Origin: Beijerinckiaceae bacterium
Lineage (GTDB): Bacteria > Pseudomonadota > Alphaproteobacteria > Rhizobiales > Beijerinckiaceae
Assembly (NCBI GenBank): GCA_947372795.1
Contig: CANBVC010000001.1
Coordinates: forward strand, 1 to 51,950
Length of the DNA: 51,950 bases
Reading direction: 5' to 3'
The notes beneath the pieces are model-generated. The model saw only the letters and a list, made by a program, of their open reading frames with translations, ran no database searches and was not told the DNA's origin. Positions 44,442 through 51,950 of this stretch are shown piece after piece. How positions within the stretch are numbered: position 1 is the first letter of the stretch; every line of letters begins with the position of its first letter. A program made the position numbers and the translations under genes.

Positions 44442-45755
44442 ATGTCCCAGTCCCTGCGCGTCGGTATAGCCGGCCTAGGCAATGTCGGCGCTTCCGTCAT
44501 TCGCCTCCTTGAACGCCAATCGGCCGCTTTGGCGAGCAGAACCGGTCGTTCCATCAAGGTCACGGCCGTGTCGGCCCGCGATCGCAATCGCGATCGGGGG
44601 ATAGATGTTTCTGGCCTGACCTGGTTCGACGATCCGGTGGCGCTGGCGCGCTCGCCTGAGATCGATCTGTTCGTGGAGCTGATGGGCGGGTCAGAGGGCG
44701 CGGCGCGCGAGGCCGTGCAGGCCGCTCTAGCCGCCGGCAAATCAGTCGTAACCGCCAACAAGGCCCTGCTGGCCGCCCATGGCATGGCGCTGGCGAAGCT
44801 GGCCGAGGAAAAGCATGTGGCTTTGGCTTTCGAAGCCTCGGTCGCGGGCGGCATCCCGATCGTCAAGACCCTGCGTGAGGGGCTGGCCGGCAACCAGATC
44901 GTCCGCGTCTATGGCATTCTCAACGGCACCTGCAATTACATCCTGTCTCGCATGGAGCTGGAAGGCCTGTCCTTCGAGGACTGCCTGAAGGAGGCGCAGC
45001 GCCTCGGCTATGCGGAGGCTGATCCCACTTTCGACATCGGCGGCTTCGATTCCGCCAACAAGCTCGCCATCCTGACTGCGCTCGCCTTTGGCACTGCGGT
45101 CGATCTTGAGGCGATCCATGTGGAGGGCATCCAGTCCATCACCCTCGCCGATCTCAAGGCGGCGGATGAGCTGGGCTATCGCATCAAGCTTCTGGGCGTC
45201 GCCCAGCGCACGGCTGGCGGCATCGAGCAGCGCGTCCACCCGACCATGATCCCCAAATCCTCGTCGGTGGCGCAGGTCATGGGCGTGACCAACGCCGTCA
45301 CCATCGACGCCGATGCGGTGAAGGAGCTGACGCTGGTTGGTCCGGGGGCTGGCGGCGACGCCACCGCTTCGGCCGTGGTCGCGGACATCGCGGACATCGC
45401 CAAGGGCATCCGCTCCGCTCCCTTCGGCCTCCCCGTGGCCGATCTCGACAACGCCCCCCGCCTGCCCATGCAGCGCCATGAGGGTGGCTATTACATTCGC
45501 CTGTCGGTCCATGACCGCCCGGGCGCAGCCGCCGCCATCGCCACCCGGATGGCCGAGCGGCAGATTTCCCTCGAAAGCATCGTTCAGCGCAGCCGCCCCG
45601 CCAAACCGGGGGAGGTGAGCGAAAATGGAGTGGTGCCGGTCATTCTGATGACCTACGCCACCTCCGAAACGACGATCCGCGAAGTGCTGGAAGCCGTCGT
45701 CAAGGACGGATATATCGCCGAACGCCCGCAGGTCATCCGAATCGAGCGCGAATAA
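44442..45755 (+). CDS. hom: Homoserine dehydrogenase with ACT domain
   Basis: GLGNVG, VVTANKA, FEASVAGGIP, GILNGTCNYIL, GYAEADP. Confidence 0.98.
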   Translation: MSQSLRVGIAGLGNVGASVIRLLERQSAALASRTGRSIKVTAVSARDRNRDRGIDVSGLTWFDDPVALARSPEIDLFVELMGGSEGAAREAVQAALAAGKSVVTANKALLAAHGMALAKLAEEKHVALAFEASVAGGIPIVKTLREGLAGNQIVRVYGILNGTCNYILSRMELEGLSFEDCLKEAQRLGYAEADPTFDIGGFDSANKLAILTALAFGTAVDLEAIHVEGIQSITLADLKAADELGYRIKLLGVAQRTAGGIEQRVHPTMIPKSSSVAQVMGVTNAVTIDADAVKELTLVGPGAGGDATASAVVADIADIAKGIRSAPFGLPVADLDNAPRLPMQRHEGGYYIRLSVHDRPGAAAAIATRMAERQISLESIVQRSRPAKPGEVSENGVVPVILMTYATSETTIREVLEAVVKDGYIAERPQVIRIERE

Positions 45756-45791
45756 GCGCGCTTCAACCCAATCGCCCGCCAGAGGAAGCCC

Positions 45792-46778
45792 ATGCCCGAT
45801 CTCATCATTCAGGAAGAAAAGATCATCGAGCGCATCCTGACGCTTGAACTCGTCCGCGTGACCGAGCGCGCCGCTGTGGCTTCTGCGCGCCTGCGTGGGC
45901 GCGGCGATGAGAAGGCTGCCGATCAGGCGGCCGTGGACGCCATGCGTCGCGAACTCAACCGCCTGCCCATCGACGGAACGGTGGTGATCGGCGAAGGCGA
46001 GCGCGACGAGGCCCCCATGCTCTTCATCGGCGAGCGTCTTGGCACCCGCACGGGCCCCCGCGTCGACATTGCGGTCGATCCGCTCGAAGGCACGACACTT
46101 TGCGCCAAGGATATGCCCGGCTCCATCGCCGTCATGGCCATGGCCCAAGGCGGCACTCTGCTCAACGCCCCCGATGTCTACATGGACAAGATCGCCATCG
46201 GCCCGGGCTATGCCCCCGGCGTCGTCGATCTCGACATGTCCCCCGAAGAGAATGTGCGCGCGCTGGCCAAGGCCAAGGGCGTTAAGCCCGGCGAGATCAC
46301 TGTTCTCGTGCTCGACCGTCCGCGCCATGACCACATCATCGCAGGCGTCCGCCGCGCTGGCGCCTCCGTTCGTCTCATCACCGATGGCGACGTGGCTGGC
46401 GTGATCTTCACCGCCCAGACCGCTCAGACGGGCGTCGATATGTATATCGGCACCGGCGGCGCTCCCGAGGGCGTGCTTGCGGCTGGCGCGCTGCGTTGCG
46501 TCGGCGGCCAGATGCAGGGACGCCTGATCCTCGACACCGAGGCCAAGCGCGAGCGCGCCTACAAGATGGGCATCATCGATCCCACCAAGAAGTACGAAAT
46601 GCGCGAACTCGCCTCCGGCGACGTCATCGTCTGCGCCACCGGCGTGACCGATGGCGCGCTGCTCAAGGGCGTGCGCTTTGGCAAGGACGTGATCGAGACC
46701 GAGACGGTGATTTACCGCTCCGTCACCGGTACTGTGCGCCGCATTCAGGCCGAGCATCGCGAGATGTCGAAGTTCTGA
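45792..46778 (+). CDS. glpX: Fructose-1,6-bisphosphatase class II
   Basis: VVIGEGERDEAPML, DIAVDPLEGT, DRPRH, GGAPEGV. Confidence 0.98.
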   Translation: MPDLIIQEEKIIERILTLELVRVTERAAVASARLRGRGDEKAADQAAVDAMRRELNRLPIDGTVVIGEGERDEAPMLFIGERLGTRTGPRVDIAVDPLEGTTLCAKDMPGSIAVMAMAQGGTLLNAPDVYMDKIAIGPGYAPGVVDLDMSPEENVRALAKAKGVKPGEITVLVLDRPRHDHIIAGVRRAGASVRLITDGDVAGVIFTAQTAQTGVDMYIGTGGAPEGVLAAGALRCVGGQMQGRLILDTEAKRERAYKMGIIDPTKKYEMRELASGDVIVCATGVTDGALLKGVRFGKDVIETETVIYRSVTGTVRRIQAEHREMSKF

Positions 46779-46803
46779 TCGCGCCCGCCGCGAGAGTTAC
46801 GAG

Positions 46804-46829
46804 AGGCCGTCCCATGGGGCGGCCTTTTT
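46804..46829 (+). terminator. Intrinsic terminator after glpX
   Basis: AGGCCGTCCC-AT-GGGGCGGCCT plus T-run. Confidence 0.85.
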
Positions 46830-46899
46830 GCTTGGCTGGGCAACCGCAACCTTTCCCCCGGACACGGCTTATCCGCAGACATCCAACTGGACGTTTGCG

Positions 46900-47481
46900 A
46901 TGCCGCGCCCCCATGGACTCCGCCTTATCGCCTGCGCGCTGCTTATGGCGACGCCAGCGCCCGCCAGCGCTCAGAATTTTCTTGAAATGCTCTTCGGCGG
47001 CTTCCCGCGTCAGGCGAGCGCTTACGCGCCGCCCTCGCGTGCATCCCAAAGCTGGCCGGGGCGTGAGCAGCAGCTTTGGCGCTACGAGAATGGCGAGGGG
47101 GTCATGGCCCGGGCGCCGACGCCTCGCAATCCCGAAGAAATGTACGGAAGGCCTGAGAAGGTCGAGCCGCCGCCGGTCGGGCCGGGGCCGCTGGGGCCGT
47201 TCCTCAATGACCCGACCCTGCGCTCAGGGGACGTGGTGGTCACGGCTCAGGGCCTGATGGTTTATCGGGGGGGCGGCGGCTCGCGGCATTCGCCGCGCGA
47301 TTTCGTCAGCCTCGCCAAAGCCGGTTCGAAAAGCGCGCAGCTCGCCGCCATCGAGCGCGCGAACCGCCGGGGCCAATCGCCTCTCGTGGTGGCCGAAAGC
47401 GGACCTGCGCCCAAGGCCGTCGCCGCACCGCCGCCCGCGCCGCCTCCCGCGCAGAGCGCTTCGGCCCGCCGCAATCGCTGA
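46900..47481 (+). CDS. Hypothetical secreted protein
   Basis: Signal peptide; LNDPTLRSGDVVVT motif. Confidence 0.7.
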   Translation: MPRPHGLRLIACALLMATPAPASAQNFLEMLFGGFPRQASAYAPPSRASQSWPGREQQLWRYENGEGVMARAPTPRNPEEMYGRPEKVEPPPVGPGPLGPFLNDPTLRSGDVVVTAQGLMVYRGGGGSRHSPRDFVSLAKAGSKSAQLAAIERANRRGQSPLVVAESGPAPKAVAAPPPAPPPAQSASARRNR

Positions 47482-47526
47482 AGCAGGGCCTTCGCAGTCC
47501 GCCCAGCCCGTGCTAGGCAATGGGCC

Positions 47527-49329
47527 ATGCCAGCGCCGCACCGCCTCTTTCTTGACGTCGCCTCCTCGGTTCAGGGCCGACCCTGGCGGGATCGCCTCGA
47601 TCTTGAGGGGCAGGGTCGCGCTCAGGCCATGACCCAGCTGCATGGTCATCCTGATCTTCTTGCGCGCGTGCTGGCTGGGCGCGGAGTAGGCCCCGATGAG
47701 GCGGCCGCCTTCCTCGATCCGACCGTGCGCGCTCTGATGCCCGATCCCCATGTCATGCAGGATATGGAATCAGCTGTCGACCGTCTGGCCCGCGCCATCG
47801 AAAAGGGCGAGACAGTCGCCATCTTCGGCGATTACGATGTCGACGGCGCCTGCTCCAGCGCGTTGGTGGCGGGCTATCTCGAAGCCTGCGGCGTCCCTTT
47901 CATCATCCATATTCCCGACCGTATTTTCGAAGGCTATGGCCCCAATTCCGAAGCCATCAAGGCGCTGGCGGAGCAGGGGGCGAGCCTGCTGGTGACGGTC
48001 GACTGCGGCACGACGAGTTTCGAGCCCTTCGAACAGGCGGCCAAGCTTGGCATGGATGTGGTCGTGCTCGACCACCATCAGGCTCCGGTGGAGCTGCCCG
48101 CCGTCATGGCGCTGGTGAATCCGAACCGGCAGGACGATCTCTCGGGCCTTGGCGCGCTTTGCGCGGCTGGCGTCGCCTTCATGGCGCTGGTCGGCCTCAA
48201 CCGTCGCCTGCGCCGCGCGGGCTTCTGGGGCCAGCGCCCCGAGCCCGACCTCCTTTCCCGCCTCGATCTCGTGGCTCTGGCTACGGTGGCCGATGTCGCA
48301 CCCCTCACCGGGCTCAATCGCGCCTTCGTCACGAAGGGGCTGCAGGTGATGCGCGGGCGTGGCCGCATGGGGCTGCGCGCCCTTTTCGACTGCGCCGGCG
48401 CCTCGGGTCCGCCAAGCTGCTATCACCTTGGCTTCGTCATCGGGCCGCGCATCAATGCGGGTGGGCGCATTGGCGATGCGGCTCTGGGCGCCAAGCTCCT
48501 GATGCTCGACGATGAGGCGGAGGCGACACGGGTGGCGGCCGAACTCGACCGGCTCAACCGCGAGCGCCAAGCCATCGAGCTTGTTGCGGTGGAGGAGGCG
48601 CAGGCGGAGGCGCTGGCCAGCCTCGGCGTCGAGGAACATGGCGCCGTCGTCGTCACCGCGCAGGAGGGCTGGCACCCCGGCGTGGTCGGATTGGTCGCCT
48701 CACGCTTGAAAGAACGGTTTAGAAGACCCGCCTTCACCATTGCTTTATCAGGTAAAATTGGCACTGGCTCAGGCCGTTCCATCGCTGGCGTCGATCTTGG
48801 TCGGGCTGTGCGCGCCGCCGTCGAGGAGGGCATTCTCGTCAAGGGCGGCGGCCACGCCATGGCGGCTGGCATCACCATCGCGCGCGACCGGCTGGGCGAT
48901 TTCCGCGCCTTTCTGGAGCAGCGCCTGACGCTTTATGTGGACAGCGCCCGGGCGGATGAAGCCCTCCTGATAGATGCGGCTTTGACCGCAGCCGGGGCCA
49001 GGCCACACCTCATTGAGATGATCGAGCAGGCCGGTCCTTTCGGGTCGGGCAATCCCGAGCCTGTATTCGCCTTCCCCGCCCACCGAATCATCGATGCGGG
49101 CGAAGTCGGGCAGGGGCATTTGCGGGTGCGGGCCAAGGCCGGGGATGGGTCCATCATCAACGCCATCGCCTTCCGGAAGGCGGCTGAGCCTTTGGGGCAG
49201 GCGATCATGGCCGCGCGGGGCGAGCCCATGCATCTGGCTGGAAGCCTCGCCATTGATCGCTGGGGCGGAGGCGAGCGGGTTCAACTGCGTTTGCTGGATG
49301 CTGCAAAACCGCGCGACGCCCGACTTTGA
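47527..49329 (+). CDS. recJ: ssDNA exonuclease RecJ
   Basis: GDYDVDG, TVDCG, DHH, GPRINAGGR, GGGHAMAAG. Confidence 0.98.
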   Translation: MPAPHRLFLDVASSVQGRPWRDRLDLEGQGRAQAMTQLHGHPDLLARVLAGRGVGPDEAAAFLDPTVRALMPDPHVMQDMESAVDRLARAIEKGETVAIFGDYDVDGACSSALVAGYLEACGVPFIIHIPDRIFEGYGPNSEAIKALAEQGASLLVTVDCGTTSFEPFEQAAKLGMDVVVLDHHQAPVELPAVMALVNPNRQDDLSGLGALCAAGVAFMALVGLNRRLRRAGFWGQRPEPDLLSRLDLVALATVADVAPLTGLNRAFVTKGLQVMRGRGRMGLRALFDCAGASGPPSCYHLGFVIGPRINAGGRIGDAALGAKLLMLDDEAEATRVAAELDRLNRERQAIELVAVEEAQAEALASLGVEEHGAVVVTAQEGWHPGVVGLVASRLKERFRRPAFTIALSGKIGTGSGRSIAGVDLGRAVRAAVEEGILVKGGGHAMAAGITIARDRLGDFRAFLEQRLTLYVDSARADEALLIDAALTAAGARPHLIEMIEQAGPFGSGNPEPVFAFPAHRIIDAGEVGQGHLRVRAKAGDGSIINAIAFRKAAEPLGQAIMAARGEPMHLAGSLAIDRWGGGERVQLRLLDAAKPRDARL

Positions 49330-49482
49330 CGCCAAAGCTGCGCAGCGCCTTGCGCAGTGCGCGTTTTTCCTTTATGCACCGCGCCATTCCACAGGTGGGG
49401 ATTTCGCGCTGCTGATCCAAGCAGCGTTCCGGTGCGGCAGCCGTCGCCACGCTCCCCTCCGAGGTTAAACCGGAGAATTGAT

Positions 49483-50505
49483 ATGGCGCTTCCTGACTTC
49501 AACATGCGTGGCCTTCTTGAGGCCGGCGCTCACTTTGGCCATCAGTCGCATCGCTGGAACCCGAAGATGGGCTCCTACATTTTCGGCGCGCGCAACAACA
49601 TCCACATTATCGATCTAGCCCAGACTGTGCCGTTGCTGCATCAGGCGCTGAAGGTCGTGTCCGATACGGTCGCCAAGGGTGGCCGCGTGCTGTTCGTCGG
49701 CACCAAGCGTCAGGCTGCGGAGCCGATCGCTGAAGCCGCTCGTCGTTCGGCCCAGTATTACATCAACTCCCGCTGGCTCGGCGGCATGCTGACCAACTGG
49801 AAGACCATTTCGGCCTCCATCTCCCGCCTGCGCAAGCTCGACGAGCAGCTCAATTCCGGCGGCGTCGGCCTCACCAAGAAGGAGCGTCTCGTTCTGTCGC
49901 GTGAGCGCGACAAGCTTGAGAAGGCTCTTGGCGGCATCAAGGACATGGGCGGCACGCCCGACCTCATCTTCGTGATCGACACGAACAAAGAGCAGCTGGC
50001 GATCAAAGAAGCCAACCGCCTCCACATTCCTGTCGCCGCCATTCTCGACACCAATTGCGATCCCGACGGCATCCAGTATCCCGTCCCCGGCAATGACGAC
50101 GCGGGCCGCGCCATCGCGTTCTACTGCGACCTCATCGCTCGCGCCGCCATCGACGGCATTTCGCGCAGCCAGGGCTCTTCGGGCATGGATCTGGGCGCTC
50201 TTGAGGCCCCGGTCGAGGAGGCCATCGCTGCGGCTCCCGTCGCGACCCCCATCGAGGCCTTTGAGGCTCCGGCCGAAGTGTTCGAGCTGCTGACCGCTCC
50301 TCGCGGCGCGCCCGACGATCTCGCCAAGCTGCAGGGCGTCGGCCCCCAGATCGTGAAGAAGCTGAACGAAGGCGGCGTCTTCCATTACTGGCAGATCGCG
50401 GCCATGACCCATGACGACGCGGTCAAGTTTGACGCCGACATGAAGCTCAACGGCCGTATCGAGCGTGATGGCTGGATCAATCAGGCTCGCAGCCTGATGG
50501 CCTGA
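49483..50505 (+). CDS. rpsB: 30S ribosomal protein S2 with C-terminal HhH-like extension
   Basis: [33 protein letters not shown]. Confidence 0.99.
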   Translation: MALPDFNMRGLLEAGAHFGHQSHRWNPKMGSYIFGARNNIHIIDLAQTVPLLHQALKVVSDTVAKGGRVLFVGTKRQAAEPIAEAARRSAQYYINSRWLGGMLTNWKTISASISRLRKLDEQLNSGGVGLTKKERLVLSRERDKLEKALGGIKDMGGTPDLIFVIDTNKEQLAIKEANRLHIPVAAILDTNCDPDGIQYPVPGNDDAGRAIAFYCDLIARAAIDGISRSQGSSGMDLGALEAPVEEAIAAAPVATPIEAFEAPAEVFELLTAPRGAPDDLAKLQGVGPQIVKKLNEGGVFHYWQIAAMTHDDAVKFDADMKLNGRIERDGWINQARSLMA

Positions 50506-50619
50506 TCTGGGCCATCGCCTGTCTTGACTAAAACTGCGGCGGGCCTTGGGCCTGCCGCAACCGCTTCAAACAACCCTTGTTGACGCGCTCCCCCGCGTCC
50601 GAACCTGAAGGAACATTCC

Positions 50620-51546
50620 ATGGCGAACATTACCGCCGCGATGGTGAAGGAGCTTCGCGAGAAGACCGGCGCCGGCATGATGGACTGCAAATCCGCGCTC
50701 AATGAAGTCGAGGGCGACATCGAAGCTGCTGTCGATTGGCTGCGCAAGAAGGGCCTCTCCAAGGCCGCCAAGAAGTCCGGCCGCATCGCCGCCGAGGGCC
50801 TTGTCGCTCTCGCGATCTCCGGCCACAAGGGCGTCGCCGTCGAAGTGAACTCCGAGACTGACTTCGTCGCTCGCAACGACGACTTCCAGAAGCTCGCTCT
50901 GAACGTCGCTGGCGTGACCCTCGCCTCGACCACCACTGACGTTGAAGCGCTCAAGAACGCGGCCTATCCTGGCGGCGGCGTGGTTGCTGACGCCATCGCC
51001 AACGCCATCGCCACCATCGGCGAGAACATGACCCTGCGTCGCGCGGCCGAAGTGTCTGTGACCGCTGGCGTCATCGGCAGCTACATCCACAACTCGGTCG
51101 GCGACGGCCTTGGCAAGATTGGCGTTCTCGTGGCGCTCGAGTCCACCGGCGATGCTGGCGCGCTTGCGGAAACCGCTCGCAAGATCGCCATGCATGTGGC
51201 GGCTGCTTCGCCGATCGCCCTCGATTCCACGAGCGTCGATCCGGCCGTGGTCGAGCGTGAAAAGAACGTGCTGCGTGACAAGAACGCTGGCAAGCCTGCC
51301 AACGTTCTCGACAAGATCGTCGAGTCCGGCATGAAGACCTACTTCAAGGAGGTCTGCCTGATCGACCAGCCCTTCATTCACGATCCCGCCAAGACCATCG
51401 CGCAGGTCGTCGCCGAGGCCGCCAAGGCCGCCGGCGCTCCCGTGGCGCTCAAGGGCTTCGTGCGTTACGCGCTTGGCGAGGGCATCGAGAAGCAGGAAAG
51501 CGATTTCGCCGCCGAAGTGGCTGCGGCCGCTGGCGGTCAGGCCTGA
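50620..51546 (+). CDS. tsf: Elongation factor Ts
   Basis: [24 protein letters not shown]. Confidence 0.99.
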   Translation: MANITAAMVKELREKTGAGMMDCKSALNEVEGDIEAAVDWLRKKGLSKAAKKSGRIAAEGLVALAISGHKGVAVEVNSETDFVARNDDFQKLALNVAGVTLASTTTDVEALKNAAYPGGGVVADAIANAIATIGENMTLRRAAEVSVTAGVIGSYIHNSVGDGLGKIGVLVALESTGDAGALAETARKIAMHVAAASPIALDSTSVDPAVVEREKNVLRDKNAGKPANVLDKIVESGMKTYFKEVCLIDQPFIHDPAKTIAQVVAEAAKAAGAPVALKGFVRYALGEGIEKQESDFAAEVAAAAGGQA

Positions 51547-51567
51547 GCCTGAGCTTCTAACTTTGCG

Positions 51568-51596
51568 AAAAAGGCGGTCTTCGGGCCGCCTTTTTT
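51568..51596 (+). terminator. Intrinsic terminator after tsf
   Basis: AAAAAGGCGGTC-TTCG-GGCCGCCTTTTTT. Confidence 0.9.
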
Positions 51597-51768
51597 ATTG
51601 CGCGCCCCCTGCCGCTTCAGCCTGTGGGCGCAGGGTCTGCGAAGGGGCGATCCACTGGTTTCGATTTTCGAATCGCGCTAGACCGTCGCTCTGGGTTGGC
51701 GTGGCGCCCAAAGTCGCCAGACAGGCGCCTGTTGGGCTGACTTTGTTGTTGTGTGGGTCGGAGTCCCT

Positions 51769-51950
51769 ATGTCCTGCTTGTGGAAACGCGTCGTCATCAA
51801 GCTTTCGGGCGAAGCCCTGATGGGGCCGCTCACCCATGGTCTCCATGAGCCGACCCTGAAGCGGGTCGCCCAGGACCTCGCCGCCTCCGCCGCTCTTGGC
51901 GTCGAGATTGCTGTGGTCGTTGGCGGCGGTAACTTCTTTCGCGGCATTCA
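51769..51950 (+). CDS. pyrH: UMP kinase (5' part)
   Basis: Manual translation MSCLWKRVVIKLSGEALMG...VVVGGGNFFRG; follows tsf. Confidence 0.95.
   Translation, partial: MSCLWKRVVIKLSGEALMGPLTHGLHEPTLKRVAQDLAASAALGVEIAVVVGGGNFFRGI

Noticed and set aside
44742-46757. 671-aa minus-strand ORF
   Set aside because: Antisense shadow of high-GC3 hom and glpX
1-51950. CRISPR array, tRNA, rRNA, IS, integrase or att sites
   Set aside because: None recognised by eye; no mobility gene marks the visible right boundary of the flagellar cluster

Overview
Alphaproteobacterial chromosome segment. The core genes rpsB/tsf/glpX/hom look Hyphomicrobiales-like (inference). Bases 1 to ~36.9 kb hold a large flagellar cluster that is not the usual rhizobial type. 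It has the sigma54/FleQ-FleT/FliA-FlgM architecture with FlhF, FlhG, FlgP and FlgT known from gammaproteobacteria and the Cereibacter (Rhodobacter) sphaeroides Fla1 system. Its most striking part is a giant hook gene, flgE (>946 codons, running off the left edge and missed by the ORF track), carrying Ala-rich and beta-domain inserts. There are also two stand-alone FlgE/F/G paralogues, each with its own sigma54 promoter (one with two adhesin-like Ig-type repeats), a ~680-aa FliK, two FliL, a degenerate FlhF, and a small secreted protein with an ephrin-receptor-like Cys motif right after motB. Seven sigma54 and two sigma28 promoters can be read from the sequence. A perfect CtrA box lies upstream of the master regulator fleQ, suggesting the foreign system is wired into the host cell-cycle regulon. 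From ~37.6 kb come an aminotransferase, a few accessory genes (NHLP-leader-like protein, alcohol dehydrogenase, Bug/TctC), then core genes hom-glpX, recJ, rpsB-tsf and the start of pyrH. No CRISPR, tRNA, rRNA or transposase was seen.
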